From a virus (Duplodnaviria; Caudoviricetes), in the IMG/VR virus record IMGVR_UViG_2595698868_000001, positions 96,001-160,000 of that record: 64,000 nt of DNA. One strand, 5' to 3'. The notes under the pieces are model-generated. The model saw only the letters and a list, made by a program, of their open reading frames with translations, was not told where the DNA came from and ran no database searches. Every line of letters begins with the position of its first letter. Position 1 is the stretch's first letter. The translations under genes were made by a program, and so were the position numbers. Positions 17,016-26,232 of the stretch are shown one piece after another.

Positions 17016-19826
17016 CTATCCTTCACACGCGATGCAGGTGGAATCGTCGAGCGGGTTCGCCGACAGGCCGTTGGTAGGCGCCTCCACCTCGGCCGTCGCG
17101 GTCTTGGCGCGCTCGACCTTCTCGTTGGTGTTCTCGGCGCGCTTAGGCGTCGTCGAGCGGTAGTAGTAGAGGCTCTTGATCGGATCGCCGTCGGCTTCCG
17201 GGTCCCAGGCCAGATAGTGGACTTCCGACATGTAGCCGGCGTCCGCGTCGTGCGGGAACGCGGTGTTCACCGATTGCGCCTGATCGATGTCGCCCTGGCG
17301 ATCGCGCGCCAGTTGGACAACCCAGCGCATGTCGAGTTCCGTGAAGGTCTTGAAGACCTCCAGCAGGTTCTCCCAGACCTCGGCGTCAATCGTGACTCCT
17401 TCAACGTCGAGATCGTCGAAGACGTAGTAGGGGGCCTTGCCGAGTTCTTGGACGCGGGTGCCCAGACCCTGCACCGAGCCCTCGTTCGCAATGATCGCCT
17501 TCCAGACGCCCTGAGTGTCGAGGCCTAGCTTGGCCAGTTCGCGGACCAGGAAGGGGTTCTTCACGGGGAAGGAGCCCGACAGCGTCTTATGCAGATAGGC
17601 GTTGGCGCGCCACGGCTCGATCGACGGCGAGGTATTGCCGCAGAGGATAGACGACGACGCGTTGGGAGCGATCGCCATCTTGTGGGCGAAGCGCTCGCCC
17701 GTGCCGATCATGTCCGGCGCCTCGCCGCGTTCGGCGCCCAGCTTCAGAGAAGCGGCATCCGCCAGGGTGCGGATGTGCTTGAAGATCGCACGGTTCACGT
17801 TGCGAGCCTTATGCGACTCGAACCGGATCATATGCTTCTGAAGATAGGCGTGGAAGCCCAGCAGGCCCAGGCCGACCGAACGCTCCTGCGTAGCCGAGTA
17901 GATCGCGTAGGCCAACGCCGGCGGAGCGTTGTCGATGAACACCTGGAGGCAGTTGTCCAGCATACGCATCAGGTCTTCGATGAAGTGTGGGTCATCGACC
18001 CACTCGTCGAACTTCTCGGCGTTGACGCTCGACAGGCAGCAGACCGCCGTACGCTTCTTGCCTTGATCATCGCGCCCGGTCGCCAGCGTGATCTCGGTGC
18101 AGTTGCCAGTCAAGATGCCGTTGAACACGGCGCGGTGACGCAGCGGCTCGGTGACGCAGTACGTGTCGGTCTTGAAAGGCACGGGCACGACATCCGCAAC
18201 GACCGGGTTGGTCTTCTTGATCGTGGCGCGGCCCACGTTCTTCAGGAGCATGCCGCCCTGGTTCAGCCACCAGACGTCACCTTCTCCCAGCATGAAGGCG
18301 TGACCGGCATCGGTGATCCGGATGCGCGGCGTCAGGCCAGCTTCCAGGGCATCCAGGCGCAACTGGTTGACCAACGCGGCGTCGTTCAGGGCCACGGTGA
18401 GGAACTTACCTTCGGTGCCCAGGTCGACCCAGCTACCGCCGGCGTCCATGAGTCCCGCGAACCACGCCAGACGCGCCGTCTCCGACCAACCGGTCGGCGC
18501 CCGGCCAGAGGGGATCGACTTCGGCTCGTAACGGATCGTGAACCCGCCGGCGAGCGCGTCGGCCGAGGCATCGACCGAGTGTTGCATCAGACGCTTCGTC
18601 ACGGCGTCGCCAGGGATGTCCGGCGAGAACACCGTCAGGCGATTGGCGTCCTCGAAGCCGGCGAACGTCGCGTAGCCTGCCGTGTAGGCGACATCCACGC
18701 TATAGTCGTGTCCGCCTTCGATGATCGGATGGGACGACGATTCCAGAATCGTGCCGACCTTCAGGGCGCCGGCCCGGATTTCCGTGCCGTCCTTGTCGTA
18801 GAACTTGTGATAGGGCGTGACGTCGAGGTGGCTGCCGTCCTCGAACCAGACGCGGACCAGTTCCTGGGCCTTGCCGGTTTCCTCGACCGTGACCTTCGAC
18901 CACGCGTCGCCGTTCCACACTTCGACGTCCTGGCCGACCAGGGCGCCGATCGGCTTGTGGCCCTGCTTGGTCAGCAGTTCCGTGTACGGTGCGACGCACA
19001 GGTTCGATTGGTTGACGCGCAGGCCCTTCTTCTTCTGCGGCTCCGGCAGACCACGATTGGCCACGTCCACGAAGAACATGTAGGGCTCGCCGGTCTGCTT
19101 GCGCGTCTCCATGATCTGCTTCCACATCTCGCGGGCAGAGTGGGTCGCGACGACCTCCTTGGACTTCGGGTCCACGAGATCGAACGGCGCGTCATCGCGC
19201 ACCGCTTCCATGAACTTGTCGGTGATGCAGAGGGCGTTGTGCAGGTTGATGAACTTGCGGTTCTCATCACCGCCCGTCGGCTTGCGGCCGGTGATGAATT
19301 CCATCACTTCCGGGTGGTCGATATCCATGTAGGCCGCGTACGAGCCACGCCGGGTACCGCCTTGGCTGACCGACAGGATGATGCGGTCGACCGCCGCGAT
19401 GAATGGAATGACGCCGGTGGACGACGAGCCTTGCGAAGTCTTCGTGCCGTTGGAGCGCAGCGGCCAATAGCCGCCGACGCCGCCGCCGACGCTGGACAGC
19501 CAGCCGGTTTCGGTCCAGTGATCGAAGATGCCTTCACGGCTGTCTTCGGCGGTCGAGAGGAAGCAGGAAATAGGCAAGCCGCGCGACGTGCCACCGTTGC
19601 TGAGCAACGGAGTGGCGAACATGAACCAGCCCTTCGACACGGCGTCGTACAGACGCTGAGCATGATCAGCGTCGTCTGCGAACGCGGCCGAAGCGCGAGC
19701 GAAGGCATGCTGCGGCGAGGTTTCGCCGTCGATCAGGTAGCGATCTCGAAAGGTCTGGAGCGTGAATTCGTCGAACAGGCTGTCGCGGGAGAGGTCGATG
19801 GTAACGAGGTGCGGGTCGACGGCCAT
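17016..19826 (-). CDS. nrdA: Class Ia ribonucleotide reductase alpha subunit containing an intein
   Basis: ATPLLSN, PISCFL, QGGTRRGS, QSNL[intein]CTEI, APNASSS, IDQAQSVN, KSLYYYRS, terminal CIACEG. Confidence 0.95.
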   Translation of the reverse strand: MAVDPHLVTIDLSRDSLFDEFTLQTFRDRYLIDGETSPQHAFARASAAFADDADHAQRLYDAVSKGWFMFATPLLSNGGTSRGLPISCFLSTAEDSREGIFDHWTETGWLSSVGGGVGGYWPLRSNGTKTSQGSSSTGVIPFIAAVDRIILSVSQGGTRRGSYAAYMDIDHPEVMEFITGRKPTGGDENRKFINLHNALCITDKFMEAVRDDAPFDLVDPKSKEVVATHSAREMWKQIMETRKQTGEPYMFFVDVANRGLPEPQKKKGLRVNQSNLCVAPYTELLTKQGHKPIGALVGQDVEVWNGDAWSKVTVEETGKAQELVRVWFEDGSHLDVTPYHKFYDKDGTEIRAGALKVGTILESSSHPIIEGGHDYSVDVAYTAGYATFAGFEDANRLTVFSPDIPGDAVTKRLMQHSVDASADALAGGFTIRYEPKSIPSGRAPTGWSETARLAWFAGLMDAGGSWVDLGTEGKFLTVALNDAALVNQLRLDALEAGLTPRIRITDAGHAFMLGEGDVWWLNQGGMLLKNVGRATIKKTNPVVADVVPVPFKTDTYCVTEPLRHRAVFNGILTGNCTEITLATGRDDQGKKRTAVCCLSSVNAEKFDEWVDDPHFIEDLMRMLDNCLQVFIDNAPPALAYAIYSATQERSVGLGLLGFHAYLQKHMIRFESHKARNVNRAIFKHIRTLADAASLKLGAERGEAPDMIGTGERFAHKMAIAPNASSSILCGNTSPSIEPWRANAYLHKTLSGSFPVKNPFLVRELAKLGLDTQGVWKAIIANEGSVQGLGTRVQELGKAPYYVFDDLDVEGVTIDAEVWENLLEVFKTFTELDMRWVVQLARDRQGDIDQAQSVNTAFPHDADAGYMSEVHYLAWDPEADGDPIKSLYYYRSTTPKRAENTNEKVERAKTATAEVEAPTNGLSANPLDDSTCIACEG
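18102..18998 (-). mobile_element. Intein (299 aa) with degenerate LAGLIDADG-like region
   Basis: Starts CVAPYT, block B VTPYHKF, WFAGLMDAGGS, ends TYCVTEP...FNGILTGN followed by Cys. Confidence 0.9.
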
Positions 19827-20012
19827 GTACGGTTCCGAAGAAAAAGGCCCTGCCCAGCAAAAAATGCTGTGAAATCAGGGCCTTACGTTTGTGACGAAAG
19901 GCGTTAACGATACTTCTCCAGGGCTCTAAAGTCAAGATTCCTGGCAGTTCAAAAGGGTAAATTGATTCCTTGACTGGCTAAGTCTCAGAAGCCCTTTGGG
20001 AAACGTGACTCC

Positions 20013-20237
20013 TTAGGAGTCCTTGAACTTCAAACCGGCCGCCTTGAGCACCTTTTCGGTGTTAGCCGGCTTGCCGTCGAGCAGGAATCCCTGCTTGGTG
20101 ATCTTCAGGCGCTTGCCCAGGATGATCTCGGCAGTGTCGATCAGCGGGGGCGGGTCGTCGAACGGAACCGTGGGGAAGTTGTCTTCGCGCGGAAGGCGAA
20201 ACTGGAGCTTCGGGTTGGGGGTCTTGTCTTCGGACAT
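20013..20237 (-). CDS. Hypothetical protein
   Basis: Co-oriented 74-aa ORF tiling the operon. Confidence 0.6.
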   Translation of the reverse strand: MSEDKTPNPKLQFRLPREDNFPTVPFDDPPPLIDTAEIILGKRLKITKQGFLLDGKPANTEKVLKAAGLKFKDS

Positions 20238-20255
20238 ACGCGTACGCTCTACTGA

Positions 20256-20666
20256 CTAGGTGCCGGACGCGCGGTCGCGATAGCCCGTCTCGATCGCCTC
20301 GGGGGCGATGATCTTGACCTTCTGGATGCGGTGCGGAGGGTAATGGACCAGGATGTTCGGTTGCTTTTCCTGGACCGAGCGGTAGCCCGTTGCGATGATC
20401 GCCGAGACATGCTCGCGGGCCGAGGACATGGAGTCGACGTCGTAGTTAAACGTGACTCCATCGTCCAGGTAGATCACGATCCGATAGCTCGCCGGCGCGG
20501 GCTGCGAAGCGATATCGAGCGGTAGCCCTTGACGCGCTTGATCTGCGAGACGAACGATCGGATTATACGCCGCGTCCCGCATTTCCCGCACCAGAAGGGG
20601 CGGGAAAGCGGTCGAGTTGAAGTCGCTCTCGTAGATGGGACCGCCGTCGAGATATTCGGTCGACAT
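20256..20666 (-). CDS. Hypothetical protein
   Basis: Start trimmed to MSTEY just after the upstream stop. Confidence 0.6.
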   Translation of the reverse strand: MSTEYLDGGPIYESDFNSTAFPPLLVREMRDAAYNPIVRLADQARQGLPLDIASQPAPASYRIVIYLDDGVTFNYDVDSMSSAREHVSAIIATGYRSVQEKQPNILVHYPPHRIQKVKIIAPEAIETGYRDRASGT

Positions 20667-20670
20667 GACC

Positions 20671-21093
20671 TTATTCCTCCGAGGCGGGCTCTTGCGGCAG
20701 GTCGACATCGCCGATGGTGCCGTCCAGCGCCTTGTCGGCGGAAGCGAAAGCGTCTTCCACCGAGGCGCCTTCAGCGAGTTGCTTGTGGACGTTGCCAAGC
20801 GTCTGGGCGACGAGTCCGACGGCATCCTGGAGCGCCTGCGGACGCTGGCGAATGATGGTCGAGATGGCCAGCGCCATGATGTCGACGATCGACACCGGAT
20901 GCGACGTGTTCGGATACAGTTCTTCCATCCGGGCGCCGTGGAGGCCCAGGCCGACCGTGAACCCGCCGGTGCCGGGGATTTCGGTCAGGGTGATGACGGA
21001 CTTGGCGGCATCGCCCGGCTTGTAGGAGAGCTTGGAAGCCAGCGCCTTTTCGGCGGCGCGGCGTTGAACTCGGGACTTGGAGGCGGAGGTCAT
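20671..21093 (-). CDS. Hypothetical protein
   Basis: AAGGA RBS; tiles the operon. Confidence 0.65.
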   Translation of the reverse strand: MTSASKSRVQRRAAEKALASKLSYKPGDAAKSVITLTEIPGTGGFTVGLGLHGARMEELYPNTSHPVSIVDIMALAISTIIRQRPQALQDAVGLVAQTLGNVHKQLAEGASVEDAFASADKALDGTIGDVDLPQEPASEE

Positions 21094-21101
21094 GGTGGTC
21101 C

Positions 21102-21392
21102 TTAGGCGGTGGTGAACTGAGCGATGCGATTGCAGGCATCGACTTCGTTGATGGGGCCGGCGTCCAGGAGTTCGTTCATGCGACGCTCGATCGTGCCGTC
21201 GTGGTCCAGCGAAAGGATCGCCAGACCGTAGAGAAGGGACAGCGAGGCCGGGCGACGAATGTTGGGCTTGGACGGGGTCGTGGTGATGATCTGGACGTCG
21301 CCCTCGGGTTCGTCGTACGCGGTCAGGCTGAAACGGGCTTCAGCTTCCTCGTGGGCGGCCTGGATCACGTCGAGAGCGGCGGCTTGGGGCAT
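21102..21392 (-). CDS. Hypothetical protein
   Basis: Tiles the operon. Confidence 0.6.
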   Translation of the reverse strand: MPQAAALDVIQAAHEEAEARFSLTAYDEPEGDVQIITTTPSKPNIRRPASLSLLYGLAILSLDHDGTIERRMNELLDAGPINEVDACNRIAQFTTA

Positions 21393-21477
21393 TTGGGAAC
21401 GAACTCATTGCCAGGAAAACTGACATCTTAGTAGCCAGGAATCCTGGCGCCGGTCAACGTAGTTAATGCGGTGAAGC

Positions 21478-21852
21478 TTAATTTTCCAGGGGCGTGAATA
21501 CGTCGCAGTCCACGGACAGTGCGCGTCGCCATCCGCCGTAGATCGGCTTGCCCCACATCTTCGCCCAGGCGATCTCACGGCGAGTGCTGAAGCCGATGTA
21601 ATGCGCGAAGGCGCTGATCTCGCTTTCGTGCATCGTCAGGCCGTCGCCGCCGACGACCAAGATCGCGTCGCTTTCCACGATCTTCCGGAAATGGACAAGA
21701 TCGAGGATGATCTTATCTTCGTCGGTCATGTCGTCTTCGTGGTGCCCGAAGCTGGCGACCGAGTAGACGATGTGCCCGGCCTTCGATAGGACACGGTTGG
21801 CGTGGTTGAAGGCGTCGCGGTACTTGGTCGAGCCGCAGAGGGTGATCTTCAT
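21478..21852 (-). CDS. Nucleoside 2-deoxyribosyltransferase-like fold protein
   Basis: ITLCGS, KIVESDAILVV, YIGFSTRREIAWA...GKPIY. Confidence 0.6.
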   Translation of the reverse strand: MKITLCGSTKYRDAFNHANRVLSKAGHIVYSVASFGHHEDDMTDEDKIILDLVHFRKIVESDAILVVGGDGLTMHESEISAFAHYIGFSTRREIAWAKMWGKPIYGGWRRALSVDCDVFTPLEN

Positions 21853-22010
21853 AGTGCGCTCTTTTGTTGGGGGCGGGCAGACGGCGCAGCATTCAACTGC
21901 TGCATCAGCGTCGCCCTGTTGGCTGGCGTGTCGTCGAGCCCCTGGTAGCGAAGCATGAACTTCATGCAGAACTCGACCGCCGCCCGCAGGAGGTTGAGCC
22001 GGATATTCAC
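21849..22010 (-). CDS. Small hypothetical protein (53 aa, not in the ORF track)
   Basis: GTG directly after the thyX stop; ATGA overlap with the next gene. Confidence 0.5.
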   Translation of the reverse strand: MNIRLNLLRAAVEFCMKFMLRYQGLDDTPANRATLMQQLNAAPSARPQQKSAL

Positions 22011-22012
22011 GG

Positions 22013-22984
22013 TTACAGGCGCTCGTTCGGAACGAACTTGCGGAACTGCGCGAAACCGCTGAAGTTACCCTGGACGTAGTCCGGATCGCTCATCAGCAGC
22101 GGGCGGGCCTGATGCTCCAGTGGCGAAGCGTGCTTCGGGTCGGAACCCGCGAGGCGCAGATAGAGGCTCAGGTCGGTTTCGATCTCCGGGCGCGCGCCAT
22201 CGTGCTTCGAGTAGGAGACGCGGCAGCAGCGGGCCGTCGAGATCGCCAGGAGCAGGGCATTGCGGGCCGAGATCGCGTGATGACCTTCCAGCCCCTTGAG
22301 GCCCATCAGGTCGTAGATCACCTTCGGCACCACCTCACCCGGCAGCGCACGCTGGCGAGCGATGTTGTCGGCATCGACGACGTCCTGTTGGGTGATGTAG
22401 GGCAGGTGCCATTCGCCATGCTTCAGCACCTTGGGCGTCGCCGCCTCGCGCGCCTCCAGCATCATCTCGGCCAGGACGCGGATTTCATCCTGGGCTTCGC
22501 CGTGGATACGCAGGCCATCGAAGTTCGACCAGTCGGTCGACGAGATCAGGACGTCGATGTAGCCGAACCATTCCAGCGGGCGGTTGACCCACTGCTTGTG
22601 GATGTTGAGGCCGTCCTTGGCCGACATCTGCCCGGTGCGCTTGATGCAGTACGCGGCCATGTCGCGCCAGATCGCTTCGGCTTCGAACTGTTCGTCCGGC
22701 GACAGGTACTCGCCCGGCTGCATGCCGGCCTTGTTCTTGCGGAACTGCGGGATGAAAATGTCCGCGTCTCGCACGGTCAGCGAAGCGTGCGGAATGGCGC
22801 GGCTGCTGCTGGCGTTACGCGAGAATACGCGGTGGGTCATCACCTCGCCGTGGATCGGACGCCAGTAGCGGACCTGGAGCGTATCGATGCGGGCGCCGGT
22901 GTCCTCGCTGACCGAGGCGGCGATCGACTTGACCGTGAAGAACTCGCGGATACGTTCGTCGGGCTCGTTGGTGAAGAGGCTCAT
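22013..22984 (-). CDS. thyX: Flavin-dependent thymidylate synthase
   Basis: THRVFSRNASSSRA motif, AQDEIR, KHASPLEH. Confidence 0.8.
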   Translation of the reverse strand: MSLFTNEPDERIREFFTVKSIAASVSEDTGARIDTLQVRYWRPIHGEVMTHRVFSRNASSSRAIPHASLTVRDADIFIPQFRKNKAGMQPGEYLSPDEQFEAEAIWRDMAAYCIKRTGQMSAKDGLNIHKQWVNRPLEWFGYIDVLISSTDWSNFDGLRIHGEAQDEIRVLAEMMLEAREAATPKVLKHGEWHLPYITQQDVVDADNIARQRALPGEVVPKVIYDLMGLKGLEGHHAISARNALLLAISTARCCRVSYSKHDGARPEIETDLSLYLRLAGSDPKHASPLEHQARPLLMSDPDYVQGNFSGFAQFRKFVPNERL

Positions 22985-23094
22985 GCGCGGCTTTCGTACT
23001 GGTTCTGGCCGCGACGCTGTTCGCGCAGGTAGGCCGAGGTGAGGGGGAGCGCGCCGCCCGAAAGCAGCACGAAGAGGATGAGGATGCTCAGCAT
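22981..23094 (-). CDS. Small membrane peptide (37 aa)
   Basis: MLSILILFVLLS...; ATGA overlap with thyX. Confidence 0.4.
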   Translation of the reverse strand: MLSILILFVLLSGGALPLTSAYLREQRRGQNQYESRA

Positions 23095-23104
23095 GGGCGA
23101 CTTC

Positions 23105-23689
23105 CTAGGCGTCGGCGAAGCAGGTCGCTGCGAGTTCCAGGTCGCGGATGCCGCGATCATTGGTGATCGTCCAGTTGACCTGAAGTTGATCGATTTCGAC
23201 TTCCGACTGGTGCAGCGAACGCTCATCGAGCTTGAGCTTCGCGCGCTTACGGGGGTCTTCGATCTTGATCAGAGTACCGCCCAGGCTGGCGATCATCGCG
23301 GCTTCATTGAGGAAGCGGCAGTCCGAGCAGACGACGCCGGCGGCTTCGCGAACGCCGCCGAAACCGTTCACCTTGCGGCCTTCGAGGATAGCGGTGACCT
23401 CGTTCTTCCAGGCCTGGACCCACGTGTCGTCGATGTAGGCGCGGAACATGTCGGTGCCGATCTGCTGAAGCAGTTCGCGCGGGCTCTTGTAGGGCCAACG
23501 GTCCAGAGCCTTTTCCTTCAGGACGGGGTCCAGCATCTCGTCAAACGTGACTCCGTAGACGAGATTGCAAACCTTGCGGAGCGGGTCGGCGAAGTTGACC
23601 TGCACGTAGCCGTAGTCGCGGACCAGCGCGCGCGCGGCGGTGTCCTTGCCGTGGCCACGCAGACCGGTGAAGGCGATGATCTTGCTCAT
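23105..23689 (-). CDS. Deoxynucleoside monophosphate kinase
   Basis: GLRGHGKDT, FADPLR, SPRELLQQIGT, SDCRFLNE, HQSE. Confidence 0.9.
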   Translation of the reverse strand: MSKIIAFTGLRGHGKDTAARALVRDYGYVQVNFADPLRKVCNLVYGVTFDEMLDPVLKEKALDRWPYKSPRELLQQIGTDMFRAYIDDTWVQAWKNEVTAILEGRKVNGFGGVREAAGVVCSDCRFLNEAAMIASLGGTLIKIEDPRKRAKLKLDERSLHQSEVEIDQLQVNWTITNDRGIRDLELAATCFADA

Positions 23690-23698
23690 GGTGTTTCC

Positions 23699-25024
23699 TC
23701 AGACCAGGACGGTGATGGTCTCGGCCGCGCGGGTCAGACCGGTGTAGAGATGCTTGTCGGCGTCATCACGGAAGACGCTGGACTCATCGATCAGCACGAC
23801 GTCGTCGAACTGCGAGCCCTGGACGTTGTGGACGGTGAGCGCCCAGGCGTAGTCCAGATGGATCAGCTTCTGCTTCGCCTTGTAGGCAGATCGCGAGTCG
23901 GCCGAGAACCCGTTCTTGCGAGCCGAGTAATGCTCCTCGAACAGGCCTTGGAAGACGGCCTTGTCGATGTAGCGAGCGCCGTCCTCATCTTCGAACGACA
24001 TCATCGTGGAGACCTTGCCGGGTTCCAGGTGAACTTGTTCGGTCAGGCAGGTGCCGAGCGTGCCGTTCACCAGCGAGGGATGCTCCTTGCTGTTCTTGCG
24101 CACGATCAGCGGCTCGCCGGCGGTAGGGCCGGGCGGCAGGCCTTCGCGGTACATTCGCGTGATGCGGAAGCGGGTGCGGTTCGTACCGACCAGGATTTGC
24201 GGACCGTCTGTACCGGCCGCGATCGCCGGTTCCGGATCGTAGTCCTCGCGGTTCATGACGCGCGCGCAGACCTTGCCTTCGCCGTTGACGTGCTCTCCCT
24301 TGGGCAAGTCCTTACCCTGACGCGCCAGCGTAGCGAGGCGGATGATCGGGTTGTCGGCGGCTTGGCGGTGGATTTCGGTCAGGAAGAAGTCGGGATCGCC
24401 GGCCGTCAGCCCCGGCTTGTCGCCGACCGGCGGAAGCTGACCGGGATCGCCCATCGCCAGGATCGGCACGCCGAACGACATCAGGTCTTTCGCCATGTCG
24501 AAGCCGACCATCGACGCCTCGTCGACGACGATGCACTGCATGTCCTTGATCGGGCTGTCGATGTTCAATTGGAAATTGATCTTGTCCTCGTTGTAGAGGT
24601 TGTCCAGATCGCGCTCCAGCGAGCGGATTTCCGTAGTCAGCTTGTCGATCTCGTGCGCCGAGCCTTCGCCCGACTCGATCATCTTCTGGCGCTTGACTTG
24701 TCGCTCATAGAGTTCGGATTCGAGTTGGCTGACCGGCGCGGGCTTCGCGCGATAGATCGCCGAGTGAATTGTGGTGGCGTGCGGGTTGCCGTACTGCTGG
24801 GCAGCCAGCTTCTTGCGCATGATCTTCGCGGCCTTGCCGGTAGGCGCGCAGAAGGCGACGGAGTTGGGCTCGAAGCCCAGGTCCGTGAGAATGTGCGGAA
24901 GGATGGTCGACTTACCCGTACCGGCGTACCCACCGATGTAGGTCAGCGCCTCCGGATAGGCGCCCTTCAGGCGTGCGACCACAGTGCGAACCGCGTCGCC
25001 CTGGTGTTCAGTGAGCGTCGTCAT
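23699..25024 (-). CDS. RecD/Dda-like SF1 helicase
   Basis: GYAGTGKS, APTGKAA, VDEASMV, GDPGQLPPV, HRQA, QGSQF, YTGLTRA. Confidence 0.9.
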   Translation of the reverse strand: MTTLTEHQGDAVRTVVARLKGAYPEALTYIGGYAGTGKSTILPHILTDLGFEPNSVAFCAPTGKAAKIMRKKLAAQQYGNPHATTIHSAIYRAKPAPVSQLESELYERQVKRQKMIESGEGSAHEIDKLTTEIRSLERDLDNLYNEDKINFQLNIDSPIKDMQCIVVDEASMVGFDMAKDLMSFGVPILAMGDPGQLPPVGDKPGLTAGDPDFFLTEIHRQAADNPIIRLATLARQGKDLPKGEHVNGEGKVCARVMNREDYDPEPAIAAGTDGPQILVGTNRTRFRITRMYREGLPPGPTAGEPLIVRKNSKEHPSLVNGTLGTCLTEQVHLEPGKVSTMMSFEDEDGARYIDKAVFQGLFEEHYSARKNGFSADSRSAYKAKQKLIHLDYAWALTVHNVQGSQFDDVVLIDESSVFRDDADKHLYTGLTRAAETITVLV

Positions 25025-25052
25025 CGGGTATCGGGGAATAGGAGTTGAAGAT

Positions 25053-25079
25053 GCCCCGCCGACCGAAGTCGGCGGGGTT
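25053..25079 (-). terminator. Hairpin/terminator
   Basis: CCCCGCCGAC-TTCG-GTCGGCGGGG downstream of the 25094 stop. Confidence 0.5.
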
Positions 25080-25093
25080 CGCTTCAGGACCGC

Positions 25094-26101
25094 TTAGAAG
25101 CGACGACCGCGCGGCTCGCCGCCGCCGGCGGGCGCCGGAGCACGGGCGGGAGCAGCCGCCGGCGCGGGACGCGGGGCCGGAGCACGAGCAGCCGGGGCAG
25201 CGGCCGGACGGGCAGCGGGAGCAGCCGCCGGGGCAGGACGCGAAGCCGGGGCACGGGCCGGAGCGGCGGCCGGGGCTTCACGACGACCGCCACGCGGAGC
25301 CGGCGCCGGAGCGGGCTCGGGTTCCGGAGCGGCTTCTTCGACGTACTGGTCGTCGGCGCCCTGGTCGTCCGCGTACTGCTGGTCATCGTAGCCGGCGTCG
25401 CCCGGTTCGGCGTAGTCGTCCGCGCCGGCGTCGCCCTGGTCGTAATCTTCCGGAGCGCCTTCGGCCATGGCCAGGAGTTCCGATTCCGGCAGCCAGCCCA
25501 GAATCTTAAAGGACGGGGCGTACTTCTTGATCTTGCGGCCGTAGGGCTTGCCGTCGTCGTCACGCTCCTGGGTCTCGAACGAGGTCGAGCCGAACTCGAT
25601 CACCGGCAGGCAGCCGGGGTTGTTGCGGAAGTTGCGGCCGAAGTCCTTCAGGAACGCTTCCAGGGCGTTCATCTTGGACTTGTTGTTCGCCTGGAACAGC
25701 AGGTTCAGGAACTCGCCTTCGATCGTCTTGAACTCGATCGTCTTCTGCTCCACCCAGCCTTCGCCCTTGCGGTACGGGCCGTGGTCGGTCAGAGCGTGCT
25801 TCGGCGGAGGAGTGCCTTCCTCCAGCGACAGCATGATCTCTTCCTTGGGCTTGCCGTCGATCCAGCAAATCCAGCCGCGCTTCAGGCTGCGCGGGTTGAC
25901 GGCGGCCTGGGTGCCGACGTCCAGCGGGATGTCTTCGGCGCCGTAGCTGTAGTGGCCGTCGTTGCCGTTGAACTTCAGGAAGTTCACGCCATCGCTGCCA
26001 CCACGGTAGCCTTCGGCTTCAGCCGCCAGAGCGGCGTAGTAGTCGTCCGCCGACAGAGCCACGGCGGTGTTGTTGTTGCGCAGAGCGACTTGGTTGGTCA
26101 T
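25094..26101 (-). CDS. Putative ssDNA-binding protein with acidic and Pro/Ala-rich tail
   Basis: Located in the replication module; beta-rich aromatic core with a D/Y-rich tail. Function inferred. Confidence 0.5.
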   Translation of the reverse strand: MTNQVALRNNNTAVALSADDYYAALAAEAEGYRGGSDGVNFLKFNGNDGHYSYGAEDIPLDVGTQAAVNPRSLKRGWICWIDGKPKEEIMLSLEEGTPPPKHALTDHGPYRKGEGWVEQKTIEFKTIEGEFLNLLFQANNKSKMNALEAFLKDFGRNFRNNPGCLPVIEFGSTSFETQERDDDGKPYGRKIKKYAPSFKILGWLPESELLAMAEGAPEDYDQGDAGADDYAEPGDAGYDDQQYADDQGADDQYVEEAAPEPEPAPAPAPRGGRREAPAAAPARAPASRPAPAAAPAARPAAAPAARAPAPRPAPAAAPARAPAPAGGGEPRGRRF

Positions 26102-26232
26102 CTGGTTTTCTACTTCTAAGTCTTTTCTGGTGGGATGCTGCCCGGTCGGGATGACCGGGCAGTTCTAGGACCTTCGTCTAAGTCCAAATCTAGGTGCTGT
26201 TACTGGTGCTGTTTCTAGTTCTAGTTTAGCCG

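Noticed and set aside
25100-25330. GC-rich tandem repeats
   Set aside because: They simply encode the Pro/Ala/Arg low-complexity tail of the SSB-like protein.
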